In this document: positions 9,045 through 17,786 of the stretch, one piece after another
Layout of the letters: each line of letters starts with the position of its first letter
How positions within the stretch are numbered: position 1 is the stretch's first letter
Source: an uncultured virus (IMG/VR IMGVR_UViG_3300044640_001367)
Lineage: Duplodnaviria; Heunggongvirae; Uroviricota; Caudoviricetes
Strand: one strand, 5' to 3'
IMG/VR virus record: IMGVR_UViG_3300044640_001367
Location: 1-64,000 of that record
Length of the DNA stretch: 64,000 nt
The notes under the pieces: generated by a model
The model's input: the letters and a program-made list of their open reading frames with translations, nothing else
Database searches by the model: none
Told to the model about the DNA's origin: nothing
Translations under genes and position numbers: made by a program

Positions 9045-10079
9045 ATGATACAGTTTAAACATTTGGTAATATTCACATCACTTTTAATCGCTGGATGTGC
9101 TGCTTATTTTAGCGTATATGGTATAGGATTATTATTTTCAGGCGCAACGATTGCTGTTATGATAATGGCATCCTCTTTAGAACTGGGTAAATTGGTAACA
9201 ACATCTTGGTTATTTAGATATTGGAACTATGCTAATATTCTAATGAAAATTTATATGATAACTGCAGTATTCGCATTGATGGCTATAACATCATTGGGTA
9301 TATTTGGGTTTTTAACGGCGGCTTTTCAAAAATCATCTTTGGAAACTGAATTGTCATTGAATAAAATTTCAACATTAGAATCTCAAAAAAAAGAAGAGAT
9401 TGGTAAAATTGAGTCTACAAAAAAATCTATAGAAAAATTGTATACGTTAAGAAGTAGTCAAGAAAATAGATTAAATGAAGTGCTTACAAATGTACTAATT
9501 GCTCGTAATCCAATTCAATTACAAAATATTCAAAATCAAATCAACGATCAAATTACAGATCTCAATAAACAGTTAGAAAACGAAAATGATAAAATCAAAA
9601 CCTATAGTGCTAAATCAACAGCTGTGGATGATGATATTTTCAAGTTAAAGGTAGATAACAGTCAGAAGAAAGATATTATAACGTTTAAATTTGTTGCTGA
9701 TCAATTTGATACAACGATCCAAAACGTAGTAAAGTGGTTTATTGTAGTACTTATTACGGTATTTGATCCACTTGCTGTTGTATTATTATTGGCATATAAT
9801 ATAAGCACAAATAAAGTTTATTCAGAAAATGACAAAAATTATGAATTATACAAAAAACAAGAAAAACCCACAGATGAGTCCGCCGACAAACCAACACATT
9901 CAACAGTTGAGCGCATAGTTGAAAAGCCTGTTGAGGTTGAAAAAATAGTTGAACGTATAGTGGAAAAGCCTGTTGAGGTTGAAAAAATAGTTGAACGTAT
10001 AGTGGAAAAGCCTGTTGAGGTTGAAAAAATAGTTGAGCGAAAAGGTAAAACAGGATTAAGAGGTATGTTTAGTTTTTAA
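9045..10079 (+). CDS. Membrane protein with coiled coil and C-terminal VERIVEKPVEVEKI repeats
   Basis: Three N-terminal hydrophobic helices, a long coiled coil, a TM with the VFDPLAV motif, then tandem repeats. Confidence 0.8.
   Translation: MIQFKHLVIFTSLLIAGCAAYFSVYGIGLLFSGATIAVMIMASSLELGKLVTTSWLFRYWNYANILMKIYMITAVFALMAITSLGIFGFLTAAFQKSSLETELSLNKISTLESQKKEEIGKIESTKKSIEKLYTLRSSQENRLNEVLTNVLIARNPIQLQNIQNQINDQITDLNKQLENENDKIKTYSAKSTAVDDDIFKLKVDNSQKKDIITFKFVADQFDTTIQNVVKWFIVVLITVFDPLAVVLLLAYNISTNKVYSENDKNYELYKKQEKPTDESADKPTHSTVERIVEKPVEVEKIVERIVEKPVEVEKIVERIVEKPVEVEKIVERKGKTGLRGMFSF
9906..10040 (+). repeat. 42-nt tandem repeat x3 plus partial copy (VERIVEKPVEVEKI)
   Basis: Unit gttgaacgtatagtggaaaagcctgttgaggttgaaaaaata, read directly from the sequence. 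Confidence 0.95.
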
Positions 10080-10136
10080 TATTAAAATAATTTTTTTATC
10101 AATTTGTCACGGTTACATATATATGTAATTATACGC

Positions 10137-10280
10137 ATGGATGAAACTGAACTTAAAGAATTGTATAGGCTGATCAAAAGATCATACGACGAATCGTGTT
10201 GGAAAACATTGAATGACGCTTTAGACTATATATCGGAATTTGTGGAAGTGGACGACGAACTACCTACAGACAATGATTGA
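10137..10280 (+). CDS. Small acidic hypothetical protein, 47 aa (MDETELKELYRLIKRSYDESCWKTLNDALDYISEFVEVDDELPTDND)
   Basis: Below the ORF-track cutoff. ATG 10137, TGA 10278-10280, overlapping the next ATG at 10273. Confidence 0.65.
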   Translation: MDETELKELYRLIKRSYDESCWKTLNDALDYISEFVEVDDELPTDND

Positions 10281-10554
10281 AATTTTGTTATTAATATTAC
10301 TGTTTATATCAGTAGCAGTTAATGTGTTTTTATTAATCACATCGAAAAAGTTATTTAACCAGATTGACATTTTGGAAGACTGGATAATAAACTTTAAAAA
10401 ATCGGTAGAAAATACTTATAATAAATTGAAAGCTATTGATAACCGTGGTATCTTTGAAAAAGATGACGACGTTGGTTTTCTCTTTTCCGATTTAAAACAA
10501 ACAATGGAAACTTTGAATAAAAAAGTAAAAGAAGAAGAAACCGATAACGTTTGA
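10273..10554 (+). CDS. Small membrane-anchored coiled-coil protein
   Basis: Likely start is the ATG at 10273 (MIEILLLILL...), not the TTG at 10240. N-terminal TM and FEKDDDVGFLF motif. Confidence 0.7.
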   Translation: MIEILLLILLFISVAVNVFLLITSKKLFNQIDILEDWIINFKKSVENTYNKLKAIDNRGIFEKDDDVGFLFSDLKQTMETLNKKVKEEETDNV

Positions 10555-10567
10555 TATTATTACTTGA

Positions 10568-11578
10568 ATGAAACAAACAAAAAAAAGTAAAGTTGTAAAT
10601 AAAAAAACGACTAAAGTAGTAGCAGATAAAAAACGTAAAATTACTTCTATGGTAAATAGTGTTAACAAAAAAATCAAAAAACCAACCAAAATAACATCTT
10701 TTAAAAAAGTAGTTACACACCAACCGCCTAAAAAAAATAATAAAGTAAAATTAGATATTACATACGAATCTAAAAACTTATCTGAAATTAATGTTCCAAG
10801 AAATATTACCAGTAAAGATATAATAGTAATTAATGATCTAAACGCTATTAATAAAGAAGTAGAAGAATTAACAGATGTTAGAAAAAAACGACGTGGTAGA
10901 AACAAAAAAGAAAAGATTTATTTTTCTAAAAAGACTGAGGAAGCAATTATTGAGTATAATTTAGCAACAGATATGGTAATAAGAAACGAAATATATGAAA
11001 ATCGTATAAAGTATAGTTTTGATAAATTAGTTGAAAACATATTCAATACATTCAAATTTACTTATTTTGATAATAGTCCATTAGAAATTCAAAAAGAAAC
11101 TGTAACGCATTTAGTTTCTAATATGCATAAATTTGAAGCGGGTAAAGGCAAAGCTTTTAGTTATTTCAGTATTGTTGCTAAAAACTATTTGATATTTCAT
11201 AATAATAACAATTATAAACGATTCAATCAACATGTAGACATCAGTGACACGCCAGGTGACGACTGCGTTTGTTTGCAAACAGAAGATGCACATCATAAGA
11301 CTATTCAAACACAAGAGTTTATGAAATTGTTAATTAACTATTGGGAAAAAAATCTAACAAAGATATTTACCAAACAAAAAGATCTTAATATAGCATATGC
11401 AGTAATCGAATTATTTCGTAGTAGTGATAGAATAGAAAATTTTAATAAAAAAACACTGTACTTATATATAAGAGAATTAAGTAATTGCAAAACACAACAA
11501 ATTACTAAAATCATTAATAAGATGAAATCATATCAAAATGTAGTTATGAAAAATTACGCAGACAGCGGTAAAGTATAA
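10568..11578 (+). CDS. Phage sigma factor (gp55-like late sigma) with Lys-rich N-terminal extension
   Basis: Starts its conserved part at YFSKKTEEAI, with a region-2-like MHKFEAGKGKAFSYFSIVAKNYLI motif. Confidence 0.65.
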   Translation: MKQTKKSKVVNKKTTKVVADKKRKITSMVNSVNKKIKKPTKITSFKKVVTHQPPKKNNKVKLDITYESKNLSEINVPRNITSKDIIVINDLNAINKEVEELTDVRKKRRGRNKKEKIYFSKKTEEAIIEYNLATDMVIRNEIYENRIKYSFDKLVENIFNTFKFTYFDNSPLEIQKETVTHLVSNMHKFEAGKGKAFSYFSIVAKNYLIFHNNNNYKRFNQHVDISDTPGDDCVCLQTEDAHHKTIQTQEFMKLLINYWEKNLTKIFTKQKDLNIAYAVIELFRSSDRIENFNKKTLYLYIRELSNCKTQQITKIINKMKSYQNVVMKNYADSGKV

Positions 11579-11595
11579 CACAAAACAAAACAAAT

Positions 11596-11622
11596 AAACC
11601 ACTCCAAATGGAGTGGTTTTTC
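11596..11622 (+). terminator. Intrinsic terminator
   Basis: AAACCACTCC-AAAT-GGAGTGGTTT followed by TT. Confidence 0.8.
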
Positions 11623-11635
11623 TATTTATAGATAT

Positions 11636-11977
11636 ATGGACTTAAATTTTGAAATTTACAAAGGAAAGAATTTTTCGGGTCTTTGTAAGGATATAGTGAA
11701 AAATTCAGAGAATAAAAAAGATCAAATCGATATATTAATATCGGAGTTACGGAGTTTGATCAAAACCATCAATGATGCTACCATCATAGTTCCTATGATT
11801 AAAGATTACTATGATGTAGGAATTAAAAACGATGAACAGTTAGTTAAGTTAGCGTCTGTTGTACAACGTTTGGTGGCTAAAGGTGAAGCTAGCGGCGAAG
11901 GTTCTTCTATGATATTAAGTGAAGACGAACGTAAACAATTGATGGAGGAAGTTATAACAATCAGTAAAGGCGAATAA
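11636..11977 (+). CDS. Hypothetical helical protein, 113 aa
   Basis: ORF preceded by TATTTATA (11623-11630). First gene of the baseplate operon. Confidence 0.75.
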   Translation: MDLNFEIYKGKNFSGLCKDIVKNSENKKDQIDILISELRSLIKTINDATIIVPMIKDYYDVGIKNDEQLVKLASVVQRLVAKGEASGEGSSMILSEDERKQLMEEVITISKGE

Positions 11978-11978
11978 T

Positions 11979-13655
11979 ATGGTAAGCACAGACGTATCCA
12001 AATCAAATAAATCACCACAGTTAAATGATCAACAAATAAAAGATTTGGTTGATATTCGCTCACCCATACAACTTGCTGTCGTAGTCGATATAATTTTTGA
12101 CGAAACTCATATAAAATTACAAGATGCGTATAAACAAAAAATAAATCCGCAAACGGTTCCGCTTAATTATAAGAATGAACCAGCAAATGAAAACGATGTG
12201 GATTTTTCTTATATTGGACGTGCTAAAGTAAGAATATTATCACAAGAAAAAAAATCATCGGTTGAAAAATTACCTTGGGCTATACCACTTGAACAAACTA
12301 TAACACAATATCCACTGGTTAATGAATTGGTATTGGTGCAAAAGGTTGGAAACAATTATTATTATAGTAAACCATTAAACAAATTCAACTTCCCCAATAA
12401 TATTGATTATACAGTTGAAACAGTATATAGCGAAGATGGAACGCCGGCTGTCCCTTTTTATTTTGATGGTAATAGAGCCACTTATACATCCGCTCCAATT
12501 TATTCGAAGTATAATAATATAGGATATGTAGGACAATATTTCATTTCAAATCCATTTATACGATTGGTCAAGAAAAATGAAGGGGATACTATAATAGAAA
12601 GTAGATTTGGTCAGTCAATTAGATTTAGTGCATATGATGATAATAGACAAAATGATAAAGGTGTATATTCATCTTACGATTTGAATGGTAATTTATTGAA
12701 AGACTCAATCGGCGGTGGATATGGTAATCCTAAACTTACTATTAGAAATAGACAACGAAATATTGCTTTGGATGAACCACAACAATTACATCCTAAGTTG
12801 CCACCTATTCGTAAAATTACACCGGTTGAAAAGAATTTTGGCGGACAAATACCAGAAGATATTAACAACGACGGGTCCACTATTCAGCTAACAAGTGGCA
12901 AAACATCAAGTGAATGGAAAACTACAGTTTATAAAAGTATATTTGGTATAACGTCAAATGGAGAGTCAACAGAAGAACAAATAAGATTCAATCCAAAAGG
13001 TTCGACATCATTTAAGTTTCCAACTTTAAACAGCGATCAAATTGTAATAAATACAGATAGATTGGTACTAAGTAGTAGATTCGCAGAAACATTACATTTT
13101 AGTAAAAAACGGTATGCCATAACTACTGATAGTGAATATACAGTGGATGCTAATGATAATGTAGTTATAACTACAAATAATACCGCTTGTATTAATGCGC
13201 CACAAATATTTTTGGGACAATATGGAGAAACAAATGAACCAGCATTGTTAGGTCAAACAACTGTAGATTGGATGTATGATCTTTGTAATTGGTTATTGGA
13301 CCACGTTCATTGGTCTCATCATGTGCATCCACATCCACATACACATCCTAGATCAGGAAATGCAACTCCAGAGAATACAAGAGATGCTAATCCAGATCAA
13401 ACACAAATACCAGTACAACAAATTAAACTACAATTATTAAGAGATAATTTACACAAGACACTAAGTAGACGTGTATTTGTTACCGGAGGCGGATATGCGC
13501 CTGGTAGCAATGGAGTTAAACCAGCTGGTAGTGGCGGAGAGTGTAAAGATCCAATAAAAATTAATACTGTTACAGGTGCTGGAGTTGTGGGGGATTTCAA
13601 AGGTAGAAATCGTCGAGAAGGGCCAGTACAAGTCGAATTTGAATTTCAGAATTAA
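11979..13655 (+). CDS. Baseplate hub/central spike (gp5-like)
   Basis: N-terminal OB-like module (GRAKVR...WAIPL...YPLVNELV), EGDTIIESRFGQSIRF, beta-helix-like SDQIVINTDRLVL, EPALLG, and a C-terminal His cluster. Located just upstream of gp25/gp6. Confidence 0.7.
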   Translation: MVSTDVSKSNKSPQLNDQQIKDLVDIRSPIQLAVVVDIIFDETHIKLQDAYKQKINPQTVPLNYKNEPANENDVDFSYIGRAKVRILSQEKKSSVEKLPWAIPLEQTITQYPLVNELVLVQKVGNNYYYSKPLNKFNFPNNIDYTVETVYSEDGTPAVPFYFDGNRATYTSAPIYSKYNNIGYVGQYFISNPFIRLVKKNEGDTIIESRFGQSIRFSAYDDNRQNDKGVYSSYDLNGNLLKDSIGGGYGNPKLTIRNRQRNIALDEPQQLHPKLPPIRKITPVEKNFGGQIPEDINNDGSTIQLTSGKTSSEWKTTVYKSIFGITSNGESTEEQIRFNPKGSTSFKFPTLNSDQIVINTDRLVLSSRFAETLHFSKKRYAITTDSEYTVDANDNVVITTNNTACINAPQIFLGQYGETNEPALLGQTTVDWMYDLCNWLLDHVHWSHHVHPHPHTHPRSGNATPENTRDANPDQTQIPVQQIKLQLLRDNLHKTLSRRVFVTGGGYAPGSNGVKPAGSGGECKDPIKINTVTGAGVVGDFKGRNRREGPVQVEFEFQN

Positions 13656-13660
13656 ATACC

Positions 13661-14908
13661 ATGAGCAATTATTATGTATCTTATAAACAAGTAGTGTCTT
13701 GGAATGGCACGGTATTTAATGCTAATCAATATAGAAAAGCAATAAATGCTTTTTATTCTAAAATTGATTTAGTTAATCCAAATTTAAAAACTGATCAATC
13801 AGCTTCATCTGTATTTGATGTACCCATAAGAAATCTATCACCTGATGCATCTTTTCCAAGTGAATGGAGTTTTGATTTAAATGGAAACTTTTCAACAACA
13901 GTCCGAGATGAAGTATCTGGTCTTTTTAGAGCATTTTTAGTTTTGAGCGGAGATGTTAAAGTTCCAAGAATAACGTCAACTGGTAAAACTTTACGAGTAA
14001 TTATAGCTGCTGCCAATAAAAGTTTAATTGCTATAGGTAAAACTCCTGAAGAAGCTTTTAATTATGCATTTAAAGAAGCAAGAGAATCTCTTTTACGAAC
14101 ACTAGCAGATCAAATTAATGTGTCGGGTAGGGGAATTAAAGTAGAAATACAAGATCCATTTACCGATCCAGATCCAGCGTTGCCTGGTCCGCCTACACAA
14201 ACGATATCAGGAGTTGCCAATAAAGCTCCTTTGGTAGACAATCCTAACATAAAACTCCCCACCCAAGAAGCAAAGGGGTTAGACGCGAATGTAGCGCAAC
14301 AAGCAGCTTCAAAAACCCAGGGCGCTACAAGTAATACTACGTCTGAAGTTCAAGGTGCCGCCGATAAAGCACAAAGCGCATTTGGTAAACCGGATGGATT
14401 GGGTAAGGATTGGTCGCCTGATAAGTTTAGTCCTGAATCTATAGCTGGAAATGAAAAAATTGTAAATGCTAAAACAGGTATAATTGAATCCACGTCCAAA
14501 TTAGCTAAAGGGTTAAAAGGTGGATTGTTAGGTGGTGCTCTTGGTGCTGGAGTAGGGGCCTTAGCTGGAGGCGGTAAAGGAGCATTAATAGGCGGATTGA
14601 GTGGTACAGCACTTGGTGCCGGATTATCTGTTGGTGGTGTAACAGGAGCAGCATTAGCCGGTGGTGGATTAGGAGCCGGAATAGGTGGAATAGTTGGGGG
14701 TGGAAAAGGTGCTTTAATTGGAGCTGTATCAGGAGGAGCAGTTGGTGCAGCTGCTGCTAAATTAGCAAGTGTTAAAAAAGGAATGCCTAAACCAAATATA
14801 CCAAAACCACCCAGTACACCCCGTATCAAGACTATCAAGATACCCAGACCATCTGATACAAAAGGCGCACAAGCATTATTAAATTTACCTAAATCTCGTT
14901 TGGGTTAA
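13661..14908 (+). CDS. Glycine-zipper-containing hypothetical protein, 415 aa
   Basis: Two copies of G..GAG[VI]G...GGGKGALIG in a long GxxxG-rich hydrophobic stretch, plus a Pro/Lys tail. Confidence 0.7.
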   Translation: MSNYYVSYKQVVSWNGTVFNANQYRKAINAFYSKIDLVNPNLKTDQSASSVFDVPIRNLSPDASFPSEWSFDLNGNFSTTVRDEVSGLFRAFLVLSGDVKVPRITSTGKTLRVIIAAANKSLIAIGKTPEEAFNYAFKEARESLLRTLADQINVSGRGIKVEIQDPFTDPDPALPGPPTQTISGVANKAPLVDNPNIKLPTQEAKGLDANVAQQAASKTQGATSNTTSEVQGAADKAQSAFGKPDGLGKDWSPDKFSPESIAGNEKIVNAKTGIIESTSKLAKGLKGGLLGGALGAGVGALAGGGKGALIGGLSGTALGAGLSVGGVTGAALAGGGLGAGIGGIVGGGKGALIGAVSGGAVGAAAAKLASVKKGMPKPNIPKPPSTPRIKTIKIPRPSDTKGAQALLNLPKSRLG

Positions 14909-14925
14909 TAATTATATATAATAAT

Positions 14926-15396
14926 ATGAAAATAGATATATTAAAAGAATTCATTAAGAAAACAGTACAACAAGAGGTACGAAACGTAGTACAATCTGAA
15001 CTTAAACTTCAATTGGCAGAAATATTCTCTAAAGAAGTTATTCAATCCAAGAAAAAATCATCTGATTCTGATTTAGAACAACAAATTCTAAAAGAATTGG
15101 ATGTGATGAATGAATCTGCGGTTGTTGAGGAACCAGTTAAACCCACGAAAAAGTTTGTAAAGTATACCAGTAACCCAATGTTGAATGATATTTTAAACCA
15201 AACCACCGGTGGTGTGCCACAAGAAGGCAGTATGGTTAGTATGATGGGTGGATATGGAAACAGTACACAAGAAGTTATTACAGAAACCAAAGTGCCTGAA
15301 AATGCTCCTGCTCCTGTAAAAGGCGTTTATTCAGCGATAAACAGAGATTATCGTGCTTTACTAAAAGCAGTGGATAGTAAAAAGTCTAAGGTTTAA
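14926..15396 (+). CDS. Hypothetical protein, 156 aa
   Basis: ORF within the baseplate operon, directly before gp25. Confidence 0.7.
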   Translation: MKIDILKEFIKKTVQQEVRNVVQSELKLQLAEIFSKEVIQSKKKSSDSDLEQQILKELDVMNESAVVEEPVKPTKKFVKYTSNPMLNDILNQTTGGVPQEGSMVSMMGGYGNSTQEVITETKVPENAPAPVKGVYSAINRDYRALLKAVDSKKSKV

Positions 15397-15398
15397 TT

Positions 15399-15800
15399 AT
15401 GGCTAAAAAAGCACTAGGACTTAAAATACCGTTTAGATTGGGTCAAGATGGTTATTTTGAAACAAATACTGATACTATTTCACAAGTTTCTAGTAATATA
15501 CGGAATCTTTTATTAACCAAACCTGGAGAACGTAGGTTTAATAATGCATTTGGTTCTTCATTATATAAAGTGTTGTTTGATCAAAATGAATTGGGTGAAA
15601 TGTTGCCGATGTTAGTAAATCTTATTCAAAATGATGTAAATAGATTTATGAACGGTATAATAGTTGAAGACGTTAAAGTTCAATTATTGGAAAATGATGT
15701 TGTAAATAATAATTATAATAAAATATTTATAAAAGTAGCCTTTAGTTACAAAGAATTACAATCCACAACTGAAGTGATCATCACAAACAATAATATATAA
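15399..15800 (+). CDS. gp25: Baseplate wedge subunit gp25-like
   Basis: NIRNLLLTKPGERRFNNAFGSSLYKVLFD is the GPW/gp25 signature. Confidence 0.92.
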   Translation: MAKKALGLKIPFRLGQDGYFETNTDTISQVSSNIRNLLLTKPGERRFNNAFGSSLYKVLFDQNELGEMLPMLVNLIQNDVNRFMNGIIVEDVKVQLLENDVVNNNYNKIFIKVAFSYKELQSTTEVIITNNNI

Positions 15801-17785
15801 TGCAACAATTAATTAACAAAACCTTCAAGGCTAATACAAAAGACGTTTTGTATTTAAATCGTGATTTTACTTCTTTAAAACAACAACTAATTGATTTCAC
15901 TAAACAGTATTATCCACAAAGTTATAAAGATTTTAGTGAAAGTTCACCAGGCCAAATCTTTATCGAACAAGCGTCTTTTGTGGGAGATGTATTGTCATAT
16001 TACACTGATTATCAATTTAAAGAAAGTTTTATTCAATTCGCGGGTGAACGTAAAAATATTATAAACCAAGCTCAATTTTTGGGATATAAACCAAAGGTAT
16101 CTTCGGTATCATCCACTAATGTAGAATTGTTTCAATTGTTGCCCGCGACACGTACTTCGGGCGTTAATGGCGAATATGTACCTGATGAACGATACTGTTT
16201 GATTTTAAAACCATATACACAACTATCTAGTGTATCAGGTGTGTCATTTATAGTCGAAGAAAGTGTAGATTTTAGTCAAGATACTTTATTTTCACCAAGA
16301 CAAATAAGTGTTTACAATCGTGATAATACAGGAGCACCATTATTTTACCTGATAAAGAAATCCACACAATGTTATTCTGGTAGAATAACAACAAAAACAT
16401 TTAGTGTTGGCGATCCACAATCATTTTTAAAAATAAAGTTAGATGAAACTAATGTGGTTAAAATAATAAGTGTGGTGGATTCTAATGGCAACAATTACTA
16501 TGAAACACAGTATCTAGCACAAGATACAATTCCACTATTGATTGATAATGTACCTCTTACCAATCAAACGTTATCACCATATAGAAATGAAACTCCTAAG
16601 ATTTTAAAGTATCTAAGAACCGAACGTAGATTTATTACAACGGTAGATCAGAATAATTTTACTTATATTCAATTTGGGGCGAATACAGAAAATTACGAAA
16701 ATACAGTTATTATACCAAATCCAACTAATGTTGGTGTAGCTTTATCCAATTTAAAGAATCTAAATATATCTTTAGACGGTACAAATGTATTAAAGGCCAA
16801 TTCATACGGTGTGTCTCCATCAAATACAACATTGACAGTTAATTATGTTGTTGGTGGTGGTTTAGATTCAAATGTAAATTCCGATGAAATAAATAAGATT
16901 GCTAGTACGGATTATTTAAATGACGTGACCAGTTTAACTGATAGCGAAGTGATTCTATTAAACAATTTTAAAAATTCATTGAGAGTAAATAATCCACTTT
17001 CATCAACTGGTGGTAATGACGCGGATACAAATGAGGAAATACGACAAAATGCTATATTAAACTTTTCCGCTCAAAATAGAATGGTTACTTCCGATGATAT
17101 TCTACTAAGAGTATATTCATTGCCATCTTATTTAGGTAATATTTCAAAAGCATATGTTGAAAGCAATTCAAATAGACGAGTTCAATATAACCAATTAATA
17201 AAAGGCGTAATAACCGAAGACGGAAATGAAACATTAGATTTAAATCCATTAAATCCACTAGATAGAAGAAAGTTTTTGGAATCGAGTAATCCATTTACAA
17301 ACAATCTTTATTTGTTAGGGTATGATGTTAATAAAAATTTGACAACATTGAATCCAGCTACGTTACAAAATTTAATAAGTTATCTAAATAATTTCAAAAT
17401 ACTCACGGACAAAATCAATATTATTGATGGTTATATTATCAATTTAGGATTCGATTTTAAAATTACAGTATTCACTGGCTTTAATAAACGAGATGTATTA
17501 AACAATTGTATTCAATCTGTAAAAAACTATTTGAATATTGATAATATTAGTTTTAACCAACCGATAAATCTCAGTCAACTCAATTTTGAAATAATGAAAA
17601 ACGAAGGGGTCCAATCTGTAATTGAGTTGAAGATTAAGAATTTAACAATTGATGATGGTAATTATTCACCTATAGCATATAATGTAAGTATTGCTACACA
17701 AAATAATATTCTCTATCCATCAAAAGACCCATCAGTATTTGAAATTAAATATCCCGACAACGATATAAAAGGATTGGTAGTATAA
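15800..17785 (+). CDS. gp6: Baseplate wedge subunit gp6-like (baseplate J family)
   Basis: YLNRDFTSLKQQL, DFSESSPG, DVLSYYTD, AQFLGYKP, and GGNDADTNEEIRQNA...AQNRMVT motifs. Confidence 0.9.
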   Translation: MQQLINKTFKANTKDVLYLNRDFTSLKQQLIDFTKQYYPQSYKDFSESSPGQIFIEQASFVGDVLSYYTDYQFKESFIQFAGERKNIINQAQFLGYKPKVSSVSSTNVELFQLLPATRTSGVNGEYVPDERYCLILKPYTQLSSVSGVSFIVEESVDFSQDTLFSPRQISVYNRDNTGAPLFYLIKKSTQCYSGRITTKTFSVGDPQSFLKIKLDETNVVKIISVVDSNGNNYYETQYLAQDTIPLLIDNVPLTNQTLSPYRNETPKILKYLRTERRFITTVDQNNFTYIQFGANTENYENTVIIPNPTNVGVALSNLKNLNISLDGTNVLKANSYGVSPSNTTLTVNYVVGGGLDSNVNSDEINKIASTDYLNDVTSLTDSEVILLNNFKNSLRVNNPLSSTGGNDADTNEEIRQNAILNFSAQNRMVTSDDILLRVYSLPSYLGNISKAYVESNSNRRVQYNQLIKGVITEDGNETLDLNPLNPLDRRKFLESSNPFTNNLYLLGYDVNKNLTTLNPATLQNLISYLNNFKILTDKINIIDGYIINLGFDFKITVFTGFNKRDVLNNCIQSVKNYLNIDNISFNQPINLSQLNFEIMKNEGVQSVIELKIKNLTIDDGNYSPIAYNVSIATQNNILYPSKDPSVFEIKYPDNDIKGLVV

Positions 17786-17786
17786 T

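Noticed and set aside
9906..10040. 42-nt repeats as a possible CRISPR array
   Set aside because: The repeats are contiguous with no spacers and are in frame within a CDS. No cas genes are present.
14350..14838. 162-aa Pro/Ala-rich minus-strand ORF
   Set aside because: It is an antisense artefact of the Gly-rich codons of the 13661 gene and has no promoter or RBS support.
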